Notes: generated by a model from the sequence alone, not told the origin. Counted from the first letter of the stretch, positions 1 to 11,773 are shown. The stretch is 52,426 nucleotides of DNA from an uncultured Methanosarcinaceae archaeon (GCA_963721455.1 CAVRJG010000012.1:1-52426), one strand, 5' to 3'. Numbers and translations: made by a program.

Positions 1-1357
1 TCGTAAGTGACTGGATAGGAGCCGGAATTCTTCCCCCCCGTTTCACAAAAACTTCCGAACTGAAATTGCTTACCGGCATAATAGGGGCACTTCCAAGCAG
101 CCCGCCGAATTCCACCGAGTCCCCAACTCTTTTACCAGGCGCGGGGATGATCCTGACTGCCGTGGTCTTTTTATTGATTACCCCTATCGCCATCTCGTCA
201 GCTATGATTGCAGAAAGGGTGGAGGCAGGCGTATCTCCAGGCACTGCGATCATATCCAGGCCGACTGAGCAGACGCTGGTCATGGCTTCAAGTTTTTCCA
301 GGCTGAGGGCTCCGTCTTTAACGGCTTTGATCATGCCTGCGTCCTCACTGACAGGGATAAAAGCCCCGCTCAGGCCGCCTACTGAGGATGAAGCCATTGC
401 CCCGCCTTTTTTCACTGCATCGTTCAGGAGGGCAAGGGCTGCAGTCGTGCCGTGGGTTCCGCAGCGCTCAAGCCCCATTGCCTCCAGAATTGCAGCAACA
501 CTATCCCCGATTTCCGGAGTCGGAGCCAGAGAAAGGTCGAGGATCCCGAATTCGACTCCAAGCCTCCGTGAAACTTCTCTTCCTACCATTTCTCCCATAC
601 GGGTTATTTTGAAAGCTGTCTTTTTGATAGTCTCCGAAATTTCCGTGAGATTGGGGTTTTCAAGTTCGCGGATAGCAGCATTCACAACGCCCGGCCCGCT
701 AACACCCACGTTGATAACGCACTCGGGTTCACCTATTCCGTGAAAGGCTCCTGCCATAAAGGGATTGTCTTCCGGGGCATTTGCAAAGACCACAAGTTTG
801 GCACAGCCTATTCCATCCCTATCAGCAGTCAATGCTGCAGTCCTTTTGATGATCCCGCCCATCAGGCCAACGGCATCCATGTTAATTCCGGCTCTTGTGG
901 TAGCAACATTTACCGACGAGCAGACCTTTTCCGTGCATGCGAGGGCTTCAGGGATCGAATTTATAAGCTTCAGGTCTCCTGAAGTTGCGCCTTTATGGAC
1001 AAGAGCAGTGAAGCCTCCGATAAAATCCACGTCGGATTCTTTTGCAGCCTCATCCATAGTTTTTGCAACCGAAACAAAATCAGAAGACCTGCAACTTTCG
1101 GCTGCTATGGCTATCGGAGTTACTGAAATCCGTTTATTGATTATGGGAATTCCGTAGAGGCTCTGGATTTCATTCGTTGTGCAGACAAGCTCTTTTGCAC
1201 GGGCGGTTATTTTTTCGTAAATATTTTCATTGAAAACTTCAATATCAGGATGGCAGCAGTCCCTGAGGCTAACCCCCATTGTAACGGTCCTTATGTCCAG
1301 GTGTTCCATCCTGACCATCTGGATTGTTTCCAGGATTTCATTCGGGTTTATAAGCAT
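1..1357 (-). CDS. PFL-like/UPF0210 (DUF711) family protein, 3' end runs off the window
   Basis: Manual translation from ATG at 1357 gives [31 protein letters not shown]... and ends ...PAPIQSLT at the window edge. It lies directly downstream of an ACT-domain gene, the usual pairing. Confidence 0.9.
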   Translation of the reverse strand, partial: MLINPNEILETIQMVRMEHLDIRTVTMGVSLRDCCHPDIEVFNENIYEKITARAKELVCTTNEIQSLYGIPIINKRISVTPIAIAAESCRSSDFVSVAKTMDEAAKESDVDFIGGFTALVHKGATSGDLKLINSIPEALACTEKVCSSVNVATTRAGINMDAVGLMGGIIKRTAALTADRDGIGCAKLVVFANAPEDNPFMAGAFHGIGEPECVINVGVSGPGVVNAAIRELENPNLTEISETIKKTAFKITRMGEMVGREVSRRLGVEFGILDLSLAPTPEIGDSVAAILEAMGLERCGTHGTTAALALLNDAVKKGGAMASSSVGGLSGAFIPVSEDAGMIKAVKDGALSLEKLEAMTSVCSVGLDMIAVPGDTPASTLSAIIADEMAIGVINKKTTAVRIIPAPGKRVGDSVEFGGLLGSAPIMPVSNFSSEVFVKRGGRIPAPIQSLT

Positions 1358-1380
1358 GAAGATTCCTCTTGTTCTTTCGA

Positions 1381-1659
1381 TCAGACCCTGTGCATGAAGC
1401 GAAAGACGTCTTCGTGCTGTACCTTGACCTCGACTCCAAGGTTCTTTCCTTCGGCATCCATGGCTCTCTGGAAAGCCGCAAGGTCAAAATTCTCCTGTGG
1501 AGCTTCTGCAAGCATGATCATGGTGAAGATTCCCTGCATAATAGTCTGACTGATATCGACAATATTTACGTTGAAATTCGCCATCACAGTAGTGATCCTG
1601 GCAACAATCCCTACCCGGTCGCTGCCTATAACCGTAATAATGAAACGACTTGATGCCAT
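1381..1659 (-). CDS. ACT domain protein (UPF0237)
   Basis: 92 aa with [14 protein letters not shown]...NIVDISQTI...FTMIM...[15 protein letters not shown]. Confidence 0.9.
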   Translation of the reverse strand: MASSRFIITVIGSDRVGIVARITTVMANFNVNIVDISQTIMQGIFTMIMLAEAPQENFDLAAFQRAMDAEGKNLGVEVKVQHEDVFRFMHRV

Positions 1660-1755
1660 TATATGTCTCCTGCCGCTCGGACCTTTTTCTGCAGGCCGAT
1701 GCTTATTAAAGATTGAACTCAGAGATTTTGTTCAGATTGAAGACCTGATAGCTAA

Positions 1756-1835
1756 TAAAGTAAACTATTCTTAAAGTAAACTATTCTTAAAGTAAACTGT
1801 TCTTAAAGTAAACTGTTCTTAAAGTAAACTGTTCT
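1756..1835. repeat. Tandem repeat, 5 x 16 bp (TAAAGTAAACT[A/G]TTCT)
   Basis: Counted directly: two copies of the A variant, then three of the G variant. Confidence 0.95.
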
Positions 1836-1944
1836 GAAAGAAAGTTCAATATAATATGAATCGAAAAAAGCTAAACCAAAAAAGTGCAAATTTTTAAAAA
1901 CGCAGCTTGAGACCTCAAATAAACAAATTTAAGTCCTATAAATA

Positions 1945-2454
1945 TCAGGCATCTTCTTTAAAACAGAGCCCAATAATTTTTTCAACGAGACCCTGAATAT
2001 TCTCCTTTCCTTTAAGTTTTATTGAAAAGTCAGCATATTTCTGGTACAGGACTACCCTCTCTTCAAAAAGTTCTTTCAGGCTTCGATCCCTGAGTCCTAC
2101 TATGCCTCTTTTTCTTGCATTGGGAAGCCTTTTCACAATGCTCCTGAAAGGAACGTCCAGAAAGATTATTCTGGATATACTTTTTAAGTGTCCCATGGCC
2201 TTTTCGGAATAAATCACACTTCCGCCAGGGGAAATAATGCACCCGTCCATCTGCCCGAGCCTGAGAATGGCTTCTTCTTCAAACCTGATAAGAGCGGAGT
2301 CTCCATGTTTATCAATCAGGGCCTGAAGGGACATTCCGGTTTTTCCCGTGATCAAGCTATCAACATCGATAAAAGCATAGCCAAGTCTCTTTGCAAGTAC
2401 TCTCCCTATAGTACTTTTCCCCGCTCCTGCCATGCCAATCAATGTTATATTCAT
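1945..2454 (-). CDS. aroK: Shikimate kinase (AroK/NMP-kinase fold)
   Basis: MNITLIGMAGAGKST P-loop, DVD, FEEEAI and SPGGS motifs. ATG at 2454 follows GAGGGTG. Confidence 0.85.
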   Translation of the reverse strand: MNITLIGMAGAGKSTIGRVLAKRLGYAFIDVDSLITGKTGMSLQALIDKHGDSALIRFEEEAILRLGQMDGCIISPGGSVIYSEKAMGHLKSISRIIFLDVPFRSIVKRLPNARKRGIVGLRDRSLKELFEERVVLYQKYADFSIKLKGKENIQGLVEKIIGLCFKEDA

Positions 2455-2843
2455 TGCCACACCCTCATTCATTGCCGCATCCTCCCCAGCTCTAAAGATC
2501 AGGGACCCGTTGCCTGAAGTTTCCCGGCATGAGGGTCCGTGGACGAGAAATCATCCGGATAAAATATATTCCCCAGCTATATAAAACGTACAACGTTACC
2601 ATTCCTTTGGAAAGAGCCAATAAATATAATCTAGGGCTTAAAATTGCCGTCAGGGACGAAAGTTTCCAGCCAGCGGTTACTATTATTATATAAAGTGAGG
2701 AAGAATTTCGTAAAATCCGAAAACCTGCCAGATGGACAAAGAGCAAAAATGTATAATTACTCCAAAAAATTGGGACTTATGATAAAGCTGGATTACAAAT
2801 TTAAAAAAGATTAAAGGGTTTATAAAAGGGCTGAATTTAAAGC

Positions 2844-3260
2844 TTATTTCCCTGGATCCTGATCTTTTATATCTATGTGCCTGGAATTAGAGCTGAGAAT
2901 TAACCTTTCAACCTGTTCTGAGGAGTGAAGGAAAGCAAAAATGTACTCAGACAGGACAAATCTGGTACCTGATGTGTAACGCTTCAAAATGCCCCAGGCA
3001 GTCAGCTTGTCAACCTGTTCGAGGGAAACAATAGCAAGGTACATCAGCAGCCGGATGGAGAATACAAGATGAAGCACGAACATCTTAACCCAGGGGCTGT
3101 CCGAACTGATTGCCATCCCGCAAATCCAGCTGCACAGTTTAAGAGAATGGGAGAGGAGCCTGCTTTTGTAAAGATTAAGAAATAGGAGTACGAATAGAAG
3201 AAAAGAGGCACATCCGGCCATAAAATATATATCCTTCACTATTGAATCCATAAGGGTCAC
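2844..3260 (-). CDS. Hypothetical membrane protein
   Basis: 138-aa ORF with two hydrophobic segments and no recognised family. Confidence 0.4.
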   Translation of the reverse strand: MTLMDSIVKDIYFMAGCASFLLFVLLFLNLYKSRLLSHSLKLCSWICGMAISSDSPWVKMFVLHLVFSIRLLMYLAIVSLEQVDKLTAWGILKRYTSGTRFVLSEYIFAFLHSSEQVERLILSSNSRHIDIKDQDPGK

Positions 3261-3465
3261 AGACTCTTACTTTCTATTACTATTTTAATTTATGCACTTA
3301 TATTCGTTTTTTGGAATGTCTGATCATGTTAAAAAATCGGGACTGAAGTTTACGCAGTTAAGAACTAAAGTTTACTTATTAACGATATATGGAAAAGGAT
3401 AAAAAGATATGAAAAAGCATAAAAAGAATCGGATGGGATGCTCGGAAATGTGAAAGATCTGACCT

Positions 3466-3635
3466 AAAAAAATATTTCTGCCCCTGCACTCCTGACCGGG
3501 CCTTACCTCAATTTTCCGGAAACCGTTATGGTTCACACCTGTTGTCTCCTTCTGGCGGAACGAAAACGGAAAAATCCGGATGCTGCTTTAGCAGGAGGAA
3601 TTGGTCTGTCTGTAGACGTTTTATTCTATGTGAAA
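3466..3635 (-). ncRNA. Candidate structured small RNA
   Basis: GC-rich intergenic island with nested inverted repeats. A TTTATAA box lies at 3655-3661 (minus) and a T7 run at 3466-3472 (minus). Confidence 0.45.
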
Positions 3636-3829
3636 CTCATATTTAACACTTTTCTTATAAATCGTAATAATAAATCAGATCACAGTCAATCGTATTATTA
3701 GAAGTGATCGGCTATTAAAAATACAAACTAAAAAGATAAGGGAGTGAAAAATTAACAAATTCGCCGCAAAAAAAGCATACTGAAGAATTAAAGGACCCGC
3801 ATTATAACGAAAGCTAAAAGGGATTTGGC

Positions 3830-4363
3830 TTATTCCCTGATATTCTCGATAACCTGTTTGCCCCTTTCTGCGGGGATAATCGTCAGCTCAGCACCGGAAA
3901 ACTCTTTTTCAAGTGGCTCGCCATCTGCAATCCTGTCCATGGTAATTGCAACCGCCGCAACTTCGGAATGTGGCTGACTTCCGACTGCAACATTCCAGTC
4001 AGCGAGCTGGTAAATCTCAGGAGGGACTTTCTCTGCGCCTACAACGATCATAAGCCGGTTGCATTTTTTAAGCTCATCAGTAACACCGGGCAGATTGACC
4101 CCATACATAGAAAGGTGGCAGACTTTTCCGCCTTCAGCTTTCCATTCCCTGATTTCCTGCTTAAAATTGACATTATTTTTAATATAGAAGTCTCCGCCCC
4201 AGCGCCTGACAACATCCTCAAGACTCTGCACTATTCCCGGGTCATCCGAAGCAAGGAGCATACCCTCTGCACCTAGAAGCCTGGCAGTTAAGCCCACGTG
4301 GGTGGTAATTCTTTTATCCCTTTCGGGGCGGTGCCCCAGGCGCAACAAAACAATCCTCTTCAT
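3830..4363 (-). CDS. trm56: tRNA (cytidine(56)-2'-O)-methyltransferase aTrm56
   Basis: LRLGHRPERDKRITTHVGLTAR, HLSMYG, VGAEKVP and SQPHSEVAA signature motifs. Confidence 0.95.
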   Translation of the reverse strand: MKRIVLLRLGHRPERDKRITTHVGLTARLLGAEGMLLASDDPGIVQSLEDVVRRWGGDFYIKNNVNFKQEIREWKAEGGKVCHLSMYGVNLPGVTDELKKCNRLMIVVGAEKVPPEIYQLADWNVAVGSQPHSEVAAVAITMDRIADGEPLEKEFSGAELTIIPAERGKQVIENIRE

Positions 4364-4425
4364 GCTTTTGCTAAAACCCGGACAAGGTATTAAAGGATTT
4401 CACTAAAAAAGAAAATGGGAGAAAA

Positions 4426-5945
4426 TTACTGGAACCCATAAGTTCCGGGGATTCTCCTCAGAAGCATGCCTTCAACAATTATCGGGTTTGTCCTCTGGGC
4501 TGTTGTCAATGCGATCTCGAGCTTGAACTCTTTTTCGGTAAGATGGTGAGAATCGAGTCTCCCTTTTTGACTGATTCCCCCATCTTTTTATGGATGGCAA
4601 CCCCGGCTCCCTTGTCGTTAGGAGCCCCTGCAAGCCTGGCAATTTCAATAATCCATTTATTGTCAAACTCGATAACATATCCGTCTGCAGAAGCAAAAAT
4701 ATCGGCAGTATATTGCCCTACCTGAATATCATTCGACGTAATATTCGGATCTCCGCCCTGAGCTTCAATAATCTGTTTCATCTTTTCGAGGGCTTTCCCG
4801 CTCCTTAGTGTTTCCAGTGCAACTTCCTTTCCACGGTCTCTTGGCGCTGCACCCCCCATTTCAAGCAGGATACCCGCAAGAGCAGCACTCTTTTCAATAA
4901 GGCTGTTTGGGCCTTCCATGCTTTCCAGCACTTTCAGAGCTTCCCTGACCTCCAGCGAGGGCCCCACTTTTCTTCCAATGGGAGAAGAACCGTATGTTAT
5001 GGCACACTCGACATTCATTCCGAGCCTGTGCCCCAGGTTAATCAGGTCTCTTGCCAGTTTCTGCCCTTCCTGGACAGTTGGAACTTTTGTACTTGGCCCG
5101 ACAGGGATATCCATTACCACATTGTCGGCCCCTATAGCCCCCTTTTTTGCCATAATTGAGGCAAGCATCTGGTAGTAAGGATCAATGGAAAGAGGGTACT
5201 CGATTCTTATAAGTTTGTCATCGGCAGGTGCAATATTGGTAGCTCCGCCCCACACAAGAGCACCTCCTACTTTCTCGGTTATCTCCTTGACCTCCTGGGC
5301 GCTGAACTCTACGGGACAAAGCACTTCCATGAGGTCTGCAGTCCCACCTGCACCTGTTATTGCCCTGGAACTTGTCTTTGGGATAAGAAGCCCGTTTGCG
5401 GCAATAATGGGGACAACCAGGAGAGAGATCTTGTTTCCGGGCACTCCTCCTATCGAGTGCTTGTCCATTATAGGATGAGTATCAAACTCGATCCTATCCC
5501 CACTGTCGATCATAGCCCTTGTCAGCCATTCGACCTCGTCATCGGTCATTCCGTGAATATAAGAAGATGTTATATAAGCTGAGAGTTCGATGTCACTGAG
5601 GTTTTCTTCCACTATATCGTTTACGAGCGTTTTGAGATCATCCTGCACAACCGGCATTTTATCCATAATTTTCTTGATCACGGTTGCAGATTTTGAGCGG
5701 AATGCCGGGACAACTTCGACCGGCTTGTCCCAGTCCTGAAAGTGCTTGTAAACTTCGGAAAAGACTCCCAGTGTACCCGGAGGAACCATATCATCCGTCG
5801 TGTCCACAATAGCGGAAAGGCTTTCGTGTCCGCGGATGCGGACCCTATCCCCCGGATTAACCCCCAGTTCCTTCGCATCGGCAATATTAAACAACACTTT
5901 GTGCTGCCCTATTTTTATGTTAAAATGTTCCAGCTTCAACTGCAT
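4426..5945 (-). CDS. deoA: AMP phosphorylase (thymidine phosphorylase family), with an apparent 1-bp deletion near 4540
   Basis: DKHSIGGVPGNK and KTSSRAITGAGGTAD motifs. The natural C-terminus (EKEFKLEIALTTAQRTNPIIVEGMLLRRIPGTYGFQ*) continues in another frame to TAA at 4426-4428. Confidence 0.9.
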
Positions 5946-6162
5946 GAGTAAACTCCTTCCGTTTAGTTCTCATATGATTGTAAGTTTGTCATTATAATTT
6001 ATTTTCCCTGAATCCAGACTCTCTGTTTGTTTTCCGGGTGCGGAAACCTGCAGCACAGCCTGAAGAAAAGCTTGGAAGATTAAGAGCAAATGTTAAACTG
6101 AGGTAACATATTAACCTTCATATTATTTTAAGTAATTCCGTAAAAACTACCTTCAGAAAGGG

Positions 6163-7439
6163 AGGATCTCAAATTAGCTCTTAAAATCTATAATCTAATT
6201 TGACACCCGTTTCTTTAAAAGTATCTCCCAAATGAATTCTTATTTCCAACTTTATTTTGCATTTCTGTCAGCACCAGCAGTTGATATGCTATGAAACTCA
6301 ATAGAGAGTAGAGTCCTCTACTCTCATTTCTCACTCTTCTGATATCGAATTTTACTGTACCCTTAATATGTCCATGTATCTTTTCACATTCAGCTCTTTG
6401 TTTATACTGTTCATCAAAAGACTCATCTCTGATGTTCTGGTTTCTCAGGTACATTCCTACCTGTTCTTTCCTTCCAATCTCATATAGAAATTTGAGCTTG
6501 TTTTCCATCGGTGCATGAACATCTCCGCCGATTCTCCACTTTTTATTTACCCAGTGATTGATTCTTTCCTCTTCACCTTCTTGATTGATTACGGCATTTG
6601 AGGCGTAGGAGATAATCGGTTTTGCATCCAGATGATACCAAATGTCAGAATGATTAAGGAATGAATCATAACCTCCATCTGCAGAATACAATTCGAGATC
6701 AGCGTTCATCTTCTTTAGGGCTTCAATATGGTTGAGAAGTTCTGGAGAATCACCAGCAACTCCTTTTGTATGAGTCATGAAAACAGGGTAAGTTCCAACC
6801 ATTGTAATATGGGCCTTATCCATTTTGCATTCATAATGAGAATTGTAATCAGCATGTTTATCGTATCTTGAAGCTTCAAGTGGAGTGGAATCGATCTTAG
6901 CTTCCTTTTCCTCAGAAAGTTTGAGAATTTTTTCACCTAAAAGCATCATTATCTCATTGATTCCTTTATCTCCAAGCCTATACTTCACAAAATGATGAAG
7001 GGTTCCACCTGAAGGAAGTTTAATCTGACCGCTTTCATCAAAAAATGAGAGCACGATGGCTTCTTCCTCTGTTAAGGAAGAAATGGTTTTATCATATGAA
7101 AGTTTCCTGAAACATTTCACAACAAAGAGTTTTATCATAGAAGAAACACTGTATTTAAAGTGCCAACTTTTGTTGGTATAAAAAGTACGCTCGACGTGCT
7201 TTGCAATATCGTCAATGCAGAGGAAGTACAGGAATTGGCAAATTGAAGTGCTTTCTCTGCTAAGATAGTTATCGAAGGAGTCCTCGAAGAGGACTCCTTT
7301 ATATAACATACTGTTTTTCGCCATGAGAACGGCATATCTGGCATTATTTAAAGTTGCCACTATCGAATAAAGACAAGTGCCTATCAGAGTCAGTGAAAAA
7401 AGAATAGGTTTTTAAGTCAAAATTCTAATTTGAGAGCTT
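6163..7439 (-). mobile_element. IS element with DDE transposase (CDS 6215-7360; IS5/ISNCY-like)
   Basis: IDSTPLEA, SADGGYDS and RAECEKIHGHIK motifs. Imperfect 15-bp terminal inverted repeats (TIRs) AGGATCTCAAATTAG (6163-6177) and CTAATTTGAGAGCTT (7425-7439). Confidence 0.85.
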
Positions 7440-8107
7440 CAACGAATTAGAAAAATCTTCTACCGAGAAAATCCTGGATTATTTGGAACACTCAAAAATC
7501 TACAATCAAACATAAAAGTTTAAGTACATATGTGCAATTTATCGTTTAAGGGTATTTCTATTATTAAAATCACAAAAATCGGAGATTTTCTGGGAATTGC
7601 GATGGAATCGCAACAGCACGAGGTCCGTTTCGCTTCGCTCAAGCGGACTTACACTTTTACTTTTTTAAATATACCTTAGATTCGGAATATCCTTTTTTAA
7701 CCGTGGTCTTTTGCAGATTGAGAAGGAACACTTTGCATGGCAGATCAGTTTTACACTTCGTTGATTGATTCCTCCAGGGCGGTTTTCAGATCATCAATAG
7801 GATTTTTGCCTGAGGTGGCTGTTTTCGAATTATAATGGAAATTTTTCAAGCACTCCTGATTTCAGAAGCTATTAGTAAATGGGCTGTTATCTCCCCCATA
7901 AACCATTTCTAAAAAGAGTTCTCATTTGAGAGGGTGTGCCCCGATTTGTATGGGTGAATTTATATAATTTGACTGTATAGTGTATGCATTGAAAATAAAG
8001 AGACGTATAATCTGTTATTAAAAACCAATTTTTGTTTTTAATCTAAGGGTCTATACAATCTTGTTTTTAAACTATTGACTATCCGCTAAAGCGGAGGTGA
8101 AACGAAA

Positions 8108-8284
8108 ATGGCTTTTAATGACAGAAATTCCAGGGGAAATTCCGGAGGTTTCCGCGGTAACAGTGGACCAAGGGAAATGACAAAAGTGACCTGTTCTGAC
8201 TGTGGTGTTGAGACCGAAGTACCGTTCAAACCCACCGAAGGCAGGCCAGTATACTGCAGGGAATGTTTTCCTAAACACAGGTAA
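8108..8284 (+). CDS. CxxC-x17-CxxC small zinc-ribbon protein (58 aa, not in the ORF track)
   Basis: MAFNDRNSRGNSGGFRGNSGPREMTKVTCSDCGVETEVPFKPTEGRPVYCRECFPKHR*, preceded by a perfect SD GGAGGTGA. Confidence 0.9.
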   Translation: MAFNDRNSRGNSGGFRGNSGPREMTKVTCSDCGVETEVPFKPTEGRPVYCRECFPKHR

Positions 8285-8515
8285 TTCCAACGATAATCTG
8301 GGTCGGGTGTTAATTTTGTAACTAAGTTTACATTAACGCCTGATTCATATTTTCTTTTTGTTTTTTGGTTTATTCTCTTTGTTTCTTTACTCATTTCGAC
8401 CTCGTGCGGCAGGGAAAAGTAAGAACAACCCAGTATCTAGAATGATAACCGATACGAATTATTCAATATTAAATTTATAAAAAAATAAATTAAAGTCCAT
8501 TAAGGAGGAATTAAC

Positions 8516-8866
8516 CTGGCTAACTACAGAAGCACTATTAGACAAAGAAGATTAGGATCCGCAAAACCAGTAAACTCAGGAGATACCCCTGAAGTATCAA
8601 GGGTACGAATCCCCCGCAAGGACAGAAATGAAGTCCTGGCAACGGTTGCGTGTTTACTCGGCTCGAAAAGGGTGACACTTCAGTGTATGGATGGGATTGT
8701 CCGCATGGGCCGGATACCGGGCTCTAAAAAGAAGAGAATGTGGATCCGTGAAGGTGACGTTGTCATAGCCAGTCCCTGGGAAGTTCAGGACTGCAAAGCC
8801 GAAGTAACCTGGAAATACACAAGGCCCCAGGTTGAATGGCTTGAGCGGAAAGGTTACATTAAGTAA
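8516..8866 (+). CDS. eif1a: Translation initiation factor aIF-1A, probable CTG start (116 aa)
   Basis: [16 protein letters not shown]...LLGSKRV...GRIPG...WIREGDVV...YTRPQVEWL. The frame is open from CTG 8516, which follows AAGGAGG, and there is no in-frame ATG/GTG/TTG between it and the conserved N-terminal motif. Confidence 0.9.
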   Translation: MANYRSTIRQRRLGSAKPVNSGDTPEVSRVRIPRKDRNEVLATVACLLGSKRVTLQCMDGIVRMGRIPGSKKKRMWIREGDVVIASPWEVQDCKAEVTWKYTRPQVEWLERKGYIK

Positions 8867-9119
8867 TGATTTAAAGGTATCAGAATAAAGATGCCTGAAA
8901 TCCGTATTTTACTTTTCTATAGGAGCGCGTCTATGTTGATGCGGGCAAGGCTCTATAGACTGCGACTTATCTAAGTATATTGTATTGTGGTATTTATAAT
9001 TACTAAAGAAATATGCTGAAATTTATTTTATCCCCATTATTTCTATTTTAATATATTTCTCCTGCCGGCGGTCTGCCTCACTCTCCCCAAATACTTTTGT
9101 AGAAATCTGAGAAATTAAA

Positions 9120-9808
9120 CATCACAATGATTGGGACCTAACCTGTTTTTATGACTCATACAAAAGGAGTTGCTGGTGACTCCCCTGAACTTATCAATCA
9201 TATTGAAGCTCTGAAAAAGATGGATGCTGATCTCGAATTATATTCTGCAGATGGAGGCTATGATTCATTCATTAACCATTCTGACATCTGGTATCGCCTG
9301 AGTGCAAAACCGATTATCTTCTACGCCTCAAATGCTGCAATCAATCAAGAAGGTGAAGAGGAAAGGATCAATCACTGGGTAAATAAAAAGTGGAAAATTG
9401 GCGGAGATGTTCATGCATCAATGGAAAATAAGCTCAAATTTTTATACGAAAATGGACGGAAAGAACAGGTTGGAATGTAGCTGAGAAACCAGAACATCAG
9501 AGATGAGTCATTCGATAAGCAGTACAAAAAGAGAGCTGAATGTGAAAAGATACATGGCCACATTAAGCGTACAGTATAATTCGATGTCAGAAGAGTGAGA
9601 AATGAGAGTAGAGGACTCTACTCTCTATTGAGTTTCATAGCATATCAACTGCTGGTGCTGACCGAAATACAAAATAAAGGTGGGAACAAGAATTCATTTG
9701 GGAAATACTTTTAAAGAAACGATTGTCAAAAGAATTCATTTGGGAAATACTTTTAAAGAAACGATTGTCAAATTAGATCTGAGATTTTCAGAGCTAATTT
9801 GAGATCCT
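9120..9808 (+). pseudogene. Truncated second copy of the 6163-7439 IS (3' half of transposase plus right end)
   Basis: Near-identical protein segment with TAA/TAG stops at ~9139, 9478 and ~9577. It has the same terminal CTAATTTGAGATCCT and a 42-bp tandem duplication at 9689-9772. Confidence 0.85.
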
Positions 9809-10947
9809 TAGGAGTTACGCAGTTGGCTCTTAGCATATCGTTTTTAACAACTTCCCATCCATGCGAATTAATTTAATGTGTATAATGGGTTATTTAAATA
9901 TGCTGTCACTGCCACTCTTCTAATTTTCATGGCACTTTCAAACCAGGATATTCCACTTTTGATTCTTTGTAATTCCAGTCTGAAAAAAGCTCTTAATGAG
10001 AACATTATATGTGCTCTTTGTGACTCTTCCTTTCTTGCCTGACATTTTTCGACACCACAGAACTGCTTTATTCCTCTGTGATATTCCTCAATTTTCCATG
10101 ACTTCTTTGCCAAATCTTCACGTTTTGATTCATCCATATCCTGTACATCTGTAACCCAGTGTTGCGTGTCTCCATCTTTTGAAACAATCCGAAACACCTT
10201 TACAAATCCATATGCTTTGAGATGAACCACAAGTCCTTTTGGAGGAATATCTACTGTTTCAAGTGGCACATTTCCCTTGTTGTCAGGATTTACCAAACGA
10301 TTATTTTTTAACCTCGTAAGGAAATGCCATTCTTTCGTCTTTATTGCTTTAAGGTTTTTCACACTTGCGTACCATGTATCAAACAAAACAAATTCGGGAT
10401 TAAAACCACGTTCTTCGGCTTTGTCAAGCATATCGCGGAAATGGTCATTCTTTGTTTTGTCGTCTTCATCAATGTTATAAATTCGAAAATCGATAGGTAT
10501 AACAGTTGTACCGTCTGTCCAAACTAAGGTGACCAGGCCTATCCCCTTTACAGCACGATGATGTTTTCCACTCCACATACGACGAACAAAAGCCATTTCT
10601 TTTGCGTATGGTTTATCTAATGTTGAATCGTCAACAATTAGAAAGCCTTCTTCAGGCTTAACATGACTTTTTACTTCTTCCCATAATGCTTCTGTGTCTG
10701 GAGGTTGCCTTTGAAGGCAACGAGTGAAAGCATCATGAGAAGGAGCATTAGCTACGATTGGATAACATCTAGCAGCTTCAGTACAGCTGAAAACGTTAGA
10801 TGCCGCAATGAGAAAATTAATGAAATCAATGTCACTACACTTGGGTGGGTTTATATCCATAACTCCGTACGTTTTTGGGGAACTATGGAGATATTAGTAT
10901 ATTTTAAATGATATTACTTTTTCGGCATTTCAAATGCGTAAGTCCTA
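9809..10947 (-). mobile_element. IS701-family element (transposase CDS 9868-10860)
   Basis: PSHDAFTR, LIVDDSTLDKPY, LFDTWYAS and WKIEEYHRGIKQ motifs. TIRs TAGGAGTTACGCAGTTG (9809-9825) and CAAATGCGTAAGTCCTA (10931-10947) match at 15/17. Confidence 0.9.
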
Positions 10948-11773
10948 TGAGTTTGGAAATGTTTACTACTTCTGATATTGCCACGGCTATATGTCGTTCC
11001 TGCAACAAAAATGAGCAGCTGAGACTTCAAGCCCTCTTATTGGTTAAAAATGGTTTGAGTCCTGCTAAAATTGCAGAAGAGTTTTCAGTCCACCGTTCAC
11101 CGGTAGGTAAAACGAGCTGAAAAAGAAGGTTTGTCTAGCCTTAAATGTAAACCTGGTCGAGAAGTTAAGCAAAATAGCATGTAGACCTGGATCAAAAAAG
11201 CGGAATGAGGCATTCACAAACGAATTTATAGCCGAAGTTCAAAAAAAGATTACTAAACCCTAACCATTTATTCGTCACTCACGATGAGAGCTGTTTTTGT
11301 GTGGATTCAAATAAATCAAGATGTTGGGCAATCAAAGGCTCAAAGCCTATTAAATTTATAGGTGGTTCGAAAGCCAAAATTAATATTGGAGGATTCTACA
11401 CTGAAAATGGAGAGTTTTATTGGTACGATTTAGGAAGTACACAGAATACAGACTCTTATTTAAAATCATTAATCAAGTTTCAAAGAGATATAGGGACAAG
11501 GATATTTCTTCTACTGGAGAGGGCTACATGGCATAGATCCTCAAAGGCAAAGGAATTTTATCAAAATAATAAACATTGGTTGCAAATACTATTTTTCCCT
11601 CCAGCTACTCCAGATAGAAACCCAACAGAATATTGTTGGAAAACGACAAGAGAAGAGTTAACATCAATAAAATCATTCAAAAATATTAAAGTATTGAAAG
11701 AAGAACTGGATGAGTTTTGGGAGAGACATATATTTACACACAAAATGTCGCATTATTTAAAATGGTAACTATA
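10948..11773 (+). pseudogene. IS630-family transposase remnant (HTH fragment plus DDE fragment 11301-11768)
   Basis: LRLQALLLVKNG-SPAKIAEEF HTH, then HDES...CWAIKG, LLERATWHRS and FFPPATPDRNPTEYCW, broken by stops. Confidence 0.8.

Noticed and set aside
66-1157. Plus-strand ORFs of 225, 130 and 80 aa
   Set aside because: They are antisense shadows of the minus-strand PFL-like gene, which the ORF track missed because its stop lies outside the window.
9478-9480. In-frame TAG in the transposase copy as a possible pyrrolysine codon
   Set aside because: The intact copy has TAC here, and this copy also has TAA stops and lacks its 5' half, so it is ordinary decay.
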